From NCBI GenBank assembly GCA_951406725.2, contig OX597818.1, positions 91,698,001 through 91,762,000 of the forward strand: DNA of 64,000 bases. Reading direction: 5' to 3'. Under the pieces are notes generated by a model. It did no database searches. It was not told the DNA's origin and worked only from the letters and a program-made list of their open reading frames with translations. Made by a program: the position numbers and the translations under genes. Of the stretch, positions 53,148 through 64,000 are shown piece after piece (the stretch's first letter is position 1; every line of letters begins with the position of its first letter). Origin of the DNA: Octopus vulgaris. Lineage: Eukaryota.

Positions 53148-54040
53148 TAATCCTTTCTACAGGAGGTACACGCCCTCAACTTTGTGGAGAATGACTACTC
53201 GATGACATAGATCCTAATGCTTCACTGGTACTTAGTTTATCGACATCCAAAGGATTAAAAGCAAAGTTGACTTCGACGGAATTTGAACTCAGAACGTAAC
53301 GGCAGACGAAATGCCTATTTCTTTACTACCCACAAGGGACAAACAAGGGCAGACAAAGGGATTAAGTCGGTTACATCGACCCCAGTGCGTAGCTGGTACT
53401 TAATATATCGACCCCGAAAGGATGAAAGGCAAAGTCGACCTCGGCGGAATTTGAACTCACAACGTAACGGCAGACGAAATACCGCTAAGCCTTTCGCCCG
53501 GCGTGCTAACGATTCTGCTAGCTAGCTGCCTACTACTACTACTAATACTAATATAATAATGATAATGGGGGAGTGGTGTTAGTCAATTACATCGACCCCA
53601 GTGTTTCACTGGTAGTCATTTCATTGAACCACCCGATAGGATGTAAGGCGAAGTCGAACTCGGCCGAATTTGAACTCAGAATGTAAAGACAGACGAAATA
53701 CTGCTGAGTATTATTCCCGGCGTGCTAGCGATTCTGCCAGTTTGCCACATTCATAATAATAATAATAATCATAATCCTTTCACCTATACGCACAAGTCTT
53801 GAAATGTTGGTATAGAGGCCTAGTCGACGGCATCGACCCAAGTATTTCACTGGTATTTAATTTATTGACCCCGGAAGGATAAAAGATAAAGTCGACCATA
53901 GCGGAATTTGAACTCATAACGTAAATTCGGTCGAAATGCCGCCAAGCATTTTTCCGGCGTGCTAAAAATTCTGCCAGATTGCTGCCTTAATAATAAAGAT
54001 AATCCATTCTATCATAGGCACAAGGCCTGAATTGTTGGGG
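53148..54040 (-). mobile_element. Chain of SINE type 1 copies (dimer plus two monomers plus a tail fragment)
   Basis: Units at about 53148-53530, 53565-53750 and 53775-53990, separated by (AAT)n. Confidence 0.8.
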
Positions 54041-54043
54041 GAT

Positions 54044-54187
54044 GCAAAAATGTTAATTCTAAAATCTCTCTAAGAGATTAACACAGCTGCTATGCTAACA
54101 AGTAATGCTGAAGTTATTATGAATGTTACTTCTTAGTACAACTAATGCGTTGATCTCTTAGAGAGATTTTAGAAGCAGCATTTTTGC
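54044..54187. repeat. 144-bp foldback (67-bp arms, 10-nt loop)
   Basis: 54044-54110 versus reverse complement of 54121-54187; includes a perfect 22-bp stretch ttctaaaatctctctaagagat. Confidence 0.9.
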
Positions 54188-54379
54188 TTGTTGTAAAATC
54201 AGCTTCTGTATGTCGCCTGAAATTATATACTGCGAGCAGAAGCTAGCTACTGCAATCTCTGACAGACGAGATGTCCATAACTGAAGAGAGGCAGTATGAA
54301 TTACTACGTGTATCTTCATTATGCGTCTATATCAGTATATATAGTTTCTCAAATATGCATATATGCATTGGAATTAATT

Positions 54380-54860
54380 TACGTAGCTACAATAGAAATT
54401 TGTAGCTTGTTGAATTCCGATTTGTATATATTCGATGTTCCACTTATTGTGTGAATTCATAGAATATGATTTAGTTGGCGTCTTTATTTTACTGAAAACT
54501 CCAGTACTCCCATTATTATTAAAACATTTAACATTTTTGCCAAATTTGAGCGATATTTTGGTAAAATATAAATTTATTACCTGTCTAGACAAGTTCTAAG
54601 TTTCAAAGTATTTGACCATAAATGTCTCCTTTCTCATTAATGGTAAATAAAATTTCCGCATGCACTGGGGAGCTAATATCTACAATAACAGAGAATTTGT
54701 TTCGTATACCAAATAACTCAATCAGTCTGGTTGTATTTGCATTTAACAGAACCCTTGTTTTGAATATTCTACAAATATTACTTAAATTGAAATATATAAA
54801 TATACCCAACATAAAAATTACTTTGTTCATATTTGTCTCCCAGAGCAGATTTGCCCAATA
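54380..54860 (-). mobile_element. Possible decayed Penelope-like RT fragment
   Basis: DISSPVHAEIL is weakly like the PLE G..MGSP.SP..A.I motif. Confidence 0.3.
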
Positions 54861-55324
54861 AATATTATTTTATATGACTTTAGTATACTACATATATATA
54901 ATTTAAGATACATCTGCAGATGCAATACTTAAATATAGCATCAGTGTTGTATCCTGAAGTTGGTATTTCAGGTTTTACAATATGCACCGTCATCCAAGTG
55001 GTCCGACCTAGTGTGTAGAAGCCTAGGTCTGTGTCCAAAGGCCATACTGTTAACCCAACAGATCACCTCCTCTCAGCTAGAGCCATCTAAATTCTTTCTT
55101 ATCAGCCTTGAAGGCTTTTCTACTCATTTTTTTAATGCCCGGGCTTAAGTCTCTCTTATACAATATACGATCTGCCTCCAGGTTTCTGCCTGCCTCCACT
55201 TTTCTGCCTGCCTGCACTTTTCTGCAGAAAATACACCTTCCACTTCTCATTCTTCGACAGCCTCCAGCAAGTACTAATACACATCTTCTTCTCCTGCACC
55301 TCTTTCCTTTGAAATATATAAACC

Positions 55325-55610
55325 GTCACGCCATCGTTTACGATGACTACTGTTCCAGGTGATCAGATCAACGGAACAGCCTGCTTGTGAAATGAACGTA
55401 GCTAAGCACTCCACAAACACGCATACCCATAACGTAGTTCTCAGAGAGATTCACCGTCACACAAAATGTGATAAGGTTTGCAATTTGAAATACAGGTACA
55501 ACTCATTCTTGCCAGGTGTGTGGACTGGAGCAACATGAAATAAAGTGCCTTGCTCAAGGACAGAACGCGCCGTCAGGAACGGACCCATGACTGTAAGATT
55601 TTGAGCAGCT
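55325..55610 (-). mobile_element. Mosaic SINE (core as in 47514-47857, tail as in 61861-62231)
   Basis: ctggagcaacatgaaataaagtgccttgctcaagga is shared with 47735-47770; gatcaacggaacagcctgcttgtgaaat is the reverse complement of about 62154-62181. Confidence 0.7.
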
Positions 55611-56108
55611 TTCCCCCAGCCAGAAAAGTACGTGCTTTCAATCTGTAATATGATATGTCGTGGCATATCATATTATGTTGATCATATGTGTAATTTTTTG
55701 CACATGTATATGCAAAAATTGTAATTTCCAGGCATATCTTGGTGTTTAAATTCCCCAGTAACTCTCTTGTTCAAAAAAGATTTAGAGTCGCATACTCGGG
55801 AATTGCAAAAGTTTACTAATGAAAATATTACAGTCTTGAGCGCAAAAAATGCTTCGTATTGATCAAAGTTGGAATGGTTTTAAAACTTCCAGCAAGTATT
55901 GCATGCATGTGTTTTTTTTATTTTTAGCTAATCGAGTGACTTACAATTATTCTTTGACTGATTCAAACAGCCTTCTTTGAGAGACTTTTATATCATCATC
56001 ATCATGTTCATAGACTTGGTCGACGTTCCCATCGTCGTCATCATAGTCGTCATGATCATGATCCCCCTCCTCCTCCTCCTCCTCCTCCTCATCATCATCA
56101 TCATCATC

Positions 56109-56145
<37 letters not shown>

Positions 56146-58359
56146 ATCATCATCATCATCATCATTGAATTACACATTACATAAATACTTGAAATTATGA
56201 AATCTATTTGCTTTAAATATTCTTTTTCTTTAATCTTATGTTCAATCGAGACACCAAAATAACTTCAGATAAAGACAGAAAATGTCAAATAACCTTTTAT
56301 TACTTTATTCATATGTCACACAGACTGATGGTTATGTCGTTTGCACTATCCGCTATATACATCATGATATTAGGAGAAGATTATAACAGCATAGAGTACG
56401 TTTACTTTAAATAGTTATTCTAACCACAATGATATAAACCCAATGTGCTTCTCACCTTGTATTTTAATCGTTGCGTAATTATGAAATATTTTGCCATCCT
56501 TTATCAGCATCAACTTAATGCAGAGTTAAAAATCTTGATAACTTTTTTTTTAGGATTTTAAGAAAAATCATGATTAACTAGCTGGAACTTCTCCGAGGAA
56601 TGTTCTGTATCAAAATTTAGTCAAACTGAACAGCAAACGAAAATGGCTATGAATTTTGACACCGATACATTTTCAACGTCGGGGAACAGAGTAATAGAAC
56701 TTAGGACCTGATTGAACATTAGATCATAAATTTTATTTATCGACAGAATATCCCATCTATAGAACAATCATTCAGGACATAAATCATCTATAGATGACAG
56801 GGTTTTCAAGCTGACAAAAGCTAGCATTCGATTATTTAATTTGTCTAGTGTTGAACTCTCATTAATATCCTCATTTTCTAGAACAACCGTCCAAATTCTC
56901 AGCAGTCAAATATGTGCTTTGGCTAATGACCTAATATTGCATTTGTGAAACAGGCTAAGAGCAACGTCTGTATAAAACAGATTTAACTTCAACGATTTTC
57001 GAAGATCAAAGCGAAAGTTATTGGCAACATGCATTTAATAGTGTATACAAGGCCCCACGTTATTTATTTAGTTCTATGCTCAAGTCACCGACATCAATTT
57101 CTCTTTTAATTCTTCAGGTGATTGATAAAGAAAAATAAAAGCATTATTCAAGTACAGATATGGATATAATCGATATATCCTTTATCCAAAAATGAGTGAC
57201 CTGTTACTTATTTTAAAAACTATTGTTTCTAATCAATATATGATATTGCATTTCGTTCTTATGTTTTTTACGTTTCAATGAGAATAAGGCGAACATTAAC
57301 ACAATTTTCACAAGAGATCACTACGCAATCGTTTCTTTCCACAAAGTTATAACAAGATCCGTGCTGTTCAAAGCGTTACATTATATATAAGGAAATATTT
57401 GCAATGAAACGATCGTTCATTTTTTTCTACTCTCGTGTATTTTGCGATAATATATGTGGTTTGGATCTCATGATTATAGTTCACTGACACTTTGTCAGAG
57501 CAGTCACATAGTCGTACATTGCTCTCTACTATTAATGTAATTTAGAATTTCTACGGATATTTGTTCATATTTTTACATAATTAAATAATTCATAACTGTA
57601 ATTGTTGAAGTATTATTAAGCATATTAAATAATGTGTGCTATATGTAATATTGTTCATTATTTAGTTTGATATGTTGTAATAAAAGTTGATCTTATTTTT
57701 TGTGAAAATAATTGTAATATTATGGCTGGAATGATGTTAGCTTTTTTGATGCAGTTAACATGGAAAAGCTCACCAAAAATATTTGTTCAGTAAGGAAAAG
57801 TAATATTACAATATTAGTCGTTGGTAGACATTATTTTATGTCAGCAAGTAATAGAAACAAACCCAAATATGTTTCACTCTTGTTATATCCTTTTAAACTT
57901 CGCCATATTTACTGAATTAGTGTTGGAGGAATCACTAAGTATACGACGGTACATTAGTACACATATTAACATAACTAGGTTATTTCAGAGAAAAAGTTTG
58001 AGTGACCATTCAGCTTTATTGTTTGCTCCATTCTTCCTGCAACGTAAAATAGTCGATGCTGAGCATGAGAGAATGAAAAAGCGAGGGAGAGAAAGGCAGG
58101 ATGATATAATCTATCCCAGTATATGACTGGTACGTATTTTATTAATTCTAGAAGAACGAATAAAAAGCAAAATGAACCACTTTTACATGTGAAATCAGAA
58201 TGCACAAAGTTACTGTTACAAGTACTACATAGCAATTAATTCTCCGATGGTCTATCGATTCTGTCTGAGGATCGATCAGTCTTCAAGTATGCTAAATTAC
58301 ATTAAAATCAATTTTTAAAAATCAAAACTAAAAGATCAATAAAATATAGGTTTAAATGT

Positions 58360-58365
58360 TTTATT
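58360..58365 (-). terminator. Candidate polyA signal of gene C
   Basis: AATAAA on the minus strand about 210 nt after the stop codon. Confidence 0.5.
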
Positions 58366-58573
58366 GCAACTTGTCTAAAGCAAAACAAACAGTCAAATAT
58401 ATATTTTTACATTGAAACACATTCGGAACAGGGACAAATACTAGGGTAGATAGACACTGACATTCTCTGAGACCATGTAAACATGATTGGGATCCAATTA
58501 TATATGCATTGCTTTACTGATCAACATCATCATCATCATAAAGAATGTATTCTTCGGCTTTTCTCAAGGTAGT

Positions 58574-58738
58574 TTAGAATTCGGTGCGGCATCTTTTCTG
58601 GAGGTAGTTGCTCATCTTAGGGTGGTTCATAACACGGTTTCTCAGTGCCATCAGTTTGGGGTAGCTGCTGAGCATTGATGTTTCTTCCATCAGTGGGTTC
58701 TCAAGGGCGCAGTAGCACATCATGTCAGCCATGGTCAT
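58574..58738 (-). CDS. S-crystallin gene C exon 6 (last coding exon)
   Basis: Acceptor ttattcAG; [54 protein letters not shown] then TAA. Confidence 0.96.
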   Translation of the reverse strand: MTMADMMCYCALENPLMEETSMLSSYPKLMALRNRVMNHPKMSNYLQKRCRTEF

Positions 58739-61162
58739 CTGAATAACAAAGTATTATAATATCATATCATTAAACCTTGGATCGCATGATAGTATGACTG
58801 TTCTAATATGAATATTTATTTTTAACGTTGGATTGTTGCCATATTGGTCGGTTTACTTCCTCGAAAGCAAACGGTTCGGCAAAAACAAAAACGATAAAAT
58901 AAGTACCAGACTTCAGAAAATATGTACTAGAATTGATTTGTCCAACTAAATCCTTCAAACCAGTACAGTTGTCAAGCAGTGGGAGGACAACTAGCACATG
59001 GACATGCACACACACACACTCTCTCTCTCCCTCTCTCACACACACACATGCACGCACACACACATACACACACATATATATAAATAATATGATACGCTTC
59101 CATGCAGTTTCTGTTAACCAAATTCACCCACAAGGCATTGGTCAGTCGAAATCTATAGTGGAACACATTTGCGAAGTGTAACTAAACCTGAATTCACATA
59201 GTTGCAAAGTAAGCGTCTTAACCACACAGCTATACCTGCGCTTGATAAAAATAACAACTATTCTACTCGTTGAAAACAGATGATGGGTGACATCGCTAAC
59301 ATTTACTTTATTAAATTTCATAAAATGGAATAAACGTTTGTGTCGTTAGATCAGCCATATTTACATGCTTGCCGTTTCTTTATTTTTTTCTTTTATTTTG
59401 TTCCGCCGAAAAGTGAAATGGTACAATTATTTTCTTTTTATAGTATACAAAAACATTCTATGTTTTGGTGATTCAGTGAAAATTGAATACTTTTGATTAG
59501 AGAATGATAGCATCTATATCTTCGAATAGCGCAGTGACTGAATGATAACAAGGTGTCTTTCTACTCTAGAAAAAAGGCCAGCAATTCTGAGAGGTAGTGA
59601 AGTCGATTACATGGAGATCACTGAACAGGTGTACTTAACAGAATTACTTTATCGACACGTAAAGGATGAAAAGCAAAGTCAACTCTGGCGGTATTTGAAC
59701 TCAGAACCGACAGACGGACGAAATGCTGATAAGCAACTTGTCCGGTGCACTAACGATTCTGCCAGCTCGCTACAAATATGTATTTAATAATTGTGTGGTT
59801 ATACATTGGTTGAAGTAACAATATAGATTATAAATTGCTCAGTCATATATAATATTTTGTTGAAATATTCGCTCATGTATACAATAGTAAATTCTTATCT
59901 TCAAATTTTAGCCATTGTTTGTGTATTACCCCTGCTTATACATATGTAAAGAAAATACTTTCACTGTCTCCCTCATTTAATTTCTACTAACACATTTCGT
60001 TCATTATTTTCGGAATGAATTTCTGTATAATGTAGCGAAGTTAATCAAAATGTATCGAGTGTAAATAAATATTAAATGTACATTGACTGTTGAATATTAC
60101 AGTCAGAGCTATCCGAAGCTAATTAAATCGCGAGATATGAAAATTGGTAGACTGTAGTAATTTGGATGAGAATATTAGGCCCCACTAAATATACATTCGC
60201 TAACATTTAAAGTATATAAATAATGATAAAACACTAATTTTCACTTGCTAAAAGACATATAGAGGAAATAATTTGTGAAGAGACACATTAAAAGAATTCA
60301 TTAAAAGAACAACAGGGAGAATACATATGTAATAAACTCAATAAGAAAACCTACTCGAGCTAAGAAATATTTACGATGAGTAAATGTGAGTGATTACTTA
60401 GAGATAGTGTACCAGCATTTTCTGAAAATTATTATAGCTGATTAATGTGTGTGAAGAATACTACAACGAATGAACGGTCACACACCAACCATCAGAAATA
60501 TTAGTTTCAATTTTTGGCACAAAGCCAGCAATTTCTGAGTAGGGGTTAAGTCGATTTGGTCGACACCACTCTTCAACTGCTACTTATTTTTATCGACCTC
60601 GAAGGAACGAAAATCAAACTCAACCCACATTTGAACTCTGACTTTATAGACGGATGAAATACCGCAAGGCATTTTGCCTGTGATGCTAAGGAGTGTCACC
60701 TCGCCGCCTTCCCAACCGTCAGAAATATTATCAGGTGTTTCTTCATATCATTGAACATTTTCATCTCAATGGACTTCTCCCTTAAGAAGCATAAATGACC
60801 TACCATAATAGACCCATCATACAAGATACAAAGTGTTCCACCCAACGTAGTACAAAGTGTTTAATATTCAGCTAACAATCTATTTAATGTGTATTCAAGA
60901 ATCTGGTTTATAGTCTTTCAGGAATCTGTTTAATATCCCCACACACAAGCACAGAACTTTTTCCAGGGATGGAATACAGTGCCAGGAAGATAATGAGAAA
61001 TGTAAAATATCCGACTGGCATTCTGAAACTTTGCACTTGGAGCTTAGTATAACCAATCTTAGTGAAATTAATCTTATAACAGTGAAATAGTCAGTAAGTC
61101 TTTATAAAAATGGGGAAGATTAGGGAAGAGTGTAATTCAAGCAACGAACATTAGTTACTAAC

Positions 61163-61270
61163 CTGATCTCCCATAAAGAATTGGCTGCCTCCATTACGCA
61201 TTTCTAGTGTTCTTTCCATGAAGGGAAGGATTCTGCGGCAAGTTTCTCTGTATCTCATGCGTTGTTCAGA
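61163..61270 (-). CDS. S-crystallin gene C exon 5
   Basis: Acceptor ttaacAG; [36 protein letters not shown]; donor GTTAGT; 108 nt. Confidence 0.96.
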
Positions 61271-61860
61271 CTGTTAAAGGTTATAAAGGAAATTATACAT
61301 TTTTCATACATACATACATACATACATACATACATACATAAACACACAAACATGCACAAACATACATATATAGTTGACGTCATAAGAATTTAGAAAGTTC
61401 AAGAGAACGGGAAATACTTCGTTTATATAACAGAATAAAATCCAAGAAGAAAATCTTAGAAATACGTTGGTTACATGACACAATATAGACCATGGGTAAA
61501 AATCTTAGACACACACTGAAGCATCATGTGGAAGAATTCAGTTCAAAGCAAATCGTATTTAACCCTAAAGAACTCCAAGACAAATCTAGATGCACAAGGA
61601 ATGTAAATTTTCCTTTATTAATGTTTTCTGAAAAGAATTAATTGCTTCAGTTCATCATTAAAGGGCATTAATTTAACCATGAATTACATCCCTTATCTTC
61701 TAACAATTACTTTCCTTTGAAAAATAGAAAAAAACCCAGTTGGCATTGACCTAATCACTTCCCTTTGAAATAATATTACCATTTACTGTCAACTGTTCCT
61801 GAAAGTCTCATATTCTTATAACTCAAGTATGTCATTTAATTTATGTGTAGGTTACAAATG

Positions 61861-62231
61861 GTGGAGGAGCAATGGCCCAGTGGTTCGGGCAGCGGATTCG
61901 CGGTCTTAGGGTCGCGGTTTCAATTCCCAGACCGGGCTTTGTGAGCGAAAACGCCTAAAGCTCCACGAGGCTCCGGCAGGGGTGGTGGTGAACCCTGCTG
62001 TACTCTTTCACCACAGATTTCTCTCACACTTTATTTCTGTTGTACCTGTGTGTCAAAGGGCCAGCCTTGTCACACTCTATGTCACGCTGAATCTCCCCGA
62101 GAACTATGTTAAGTGTACACGTGTCTGTGGAGTGCTCAGCCACTTTCACGTTAATTTCACAAGCAGGCTGTTCCGTTGATCGGTTCAGCTGGAACACTCG
62201 TCGTCGTAACCGACGGAGTGCCTCCATAGCC
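61861..62231 (+). mobile_element. SINE type 3, full length, in intron 4 of gene C, 12-bp TSD
   Basis: tRNA-like head; TSD aggttacaaatg (61849-61860) / aggttataaatg (62232-62243). Confidence 0.85.
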
Positions 62232-62826
62232 AGGTTATAAATGACCTGAAACAGCCAATGATGTGATTATAGCTCAGTAAGAACTTGAAATTTTAAAATC
62301 GAATATGTCGGGTATAGATATTAACTAAATCATACAATATGTATTGGATATATAACTTTGCATCCTTTTAACTAACAATATAACATTTCCGAAACCTTAA
62401 ACAGGATGCAGTACTCATGCCAGGCCTCAGGCGTCAAAGAGCACAAGGTATAATTTTTCATTCGGTGATCTCCAACGATTGATAATTTATTCACAAGTGG
62501 AAGGTTCTTCGGCTTGACACCGTTCGGTAACATTAGTTGGAGTTTACCAGACTAAATTCATAATATGATACTAACTGTTTTGAGGACCTGACTGATTATA
62601 AAAAATTTAATCCACGATATGAGAGTACGGAAAAAATGCTACAGTGTTCAGTACATTATATGAAATACACGCTTTTCCTCATTAGTGTCCGGTAATACAT
62701 ACGCATACAAACGCTCGCACATGCAAAATATACTCATTCTTATAATATGTCAGGAATACATTTGGAATATTATTTTGTTAAAAACATGATATTCTGATAA
62801 TGAAAAATAATTAAGAGCAAACTTAC

Positions 62827-62856
62827 AGATCCATTTGTGTCCCTGGATCTCTGGAA
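62827..62856 (-). CDS. S-crystallin gene C exon 4 (30-nt microexon)
   Basis: Acceptor ttttgcAG; [10 protein letters not shown]; donor GTAAGT. Exons 1-3 are not in the window. Confidence 0.92.
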
Positions 62857-63172
62857 CTGCAAAAGAGCAACGGTAAAAACTGTGTAAAGTATATAGAAAG
62901 ATGGATGGATGGATGGATGGATAGACAGAAAAGATATAAATACATAGATAAAATAGAAATATATAGATGACTAGTGAGATAGATAGATAAATAGAAAGAT
63001 AGACAGACACACAGACAGAAGGATAGATAGATAGACAGATAGCTAAATAGACACACAGGCACACAGACAGAAACACAGACTGACACCCAAACATAGATAG
63101 AGAAATAGATAGATAGACAATTAGACAGATAGATAGACAAAGAGACAAACAGACATACATACAGACAGACAA

Positions 63173-63252
<80 letters not shown>

Positions 63253-63920
63253 CGCTTGATCTAACGTTTACTGCGTTGCACTCACGGTAGTGAGATCATA
63301 GTTCTGATTCTCGGACCGGGAAGTGAGACGTATTCTTAAGGAAAACACTTCATATCAAATTGCCTTGCGATCACATCGTCACTTCAACATCCGTTGCATG
63401 ACAGAACATGCAACAGTACAGAAAATGTCGATTAGAATTAGATGGAGGCTATTAGCGAATGCGAAGATCTAAATCATTTAGAGCAGTACATTTCTCAAGT
63501 CAAGTCCAGGATATATTCTATATAATCTGTCACATTATTGTGTCTCTAAGGCATGGATCAGTTTGTAGCGCTTTTCAAAATTCTATGTACATTACATGAT
63601 ATGTATCTCACATTGTATAAAGTACATTTGATGATCTTCCTTATATTCCATCCTACGTCAGTGTAGCCAACATAACACGGTCGACCATAACATGCCATGC
63701 AAAACTCAGTAAATAGAGTAATGGATCTTATTCACACCAGATGTCTGACAAGACAACCTGCATTAATGGATGGAGCGCAACTAGATGTATAGTATACCAC
63801 CCCCCGTAACGGACAGATGCAGGATGGATCGAAACGATCGTGTTTTGTAAAGATTCTTGCTAAATCTATTTTTCTGTTTCCCTCGTTCATTTGATGTATA
63901 TATATATAAATAGATAGATG

Positions 63921-63983
<63 letters not shown>

Positions 63984-64000
63984 GTGTGCGTGTGTGTGGA

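Noticed and set aside
55947-56177. Acidic poly-D/E protein (similar ORF at 18148-18387)
   Set aside because: Translation of (ATC)n/(CTC)n trinucleotide repeats with no splice or homology support.

Overview
AT-rich, microsatellite-dense eukaryotic DNA, almost certainly octopus/coleoid cephalopod. It carries part of a head-to-tail minus-strand cluster of S-crystallin genes (sigma-class GST-derived lens crystallins). Gene A shows only its promoter and first coding exon (1629-1761). Gene B is complete, with 6 coding exons (39650 to 25386; 648 nt, 215 aa, all GT-AG). Gene C shows its last three exons (62856 to 58574). The rest is decayed mobile DNA: RTE, Penelope-like and Tx1/L1-like retroelements, mariner/Tc1 derivatives, MITE-like foldbacks and at least four tRNA-derived SINE types. 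Best leads: (i) gene B encodes Tyr (TAC) at position 112, where octopus S-crystallins usually have Cys, one A-to-I edit away from restoring it; (ii) a SINE whose 3' tail matches the Tx1-like LINE 3' end and which forms head-to-tail multimers with the same junction at three separate loci; (iii) a 27-bp promoter block shared by two otherwise unalignable paralog promoters; (iv) several long foldbacks and degenerate hammerhead-like motifs. Exon coordinates were read base by base. Repeat boundaries are approximate and family names come from motif recognition, not database searches.
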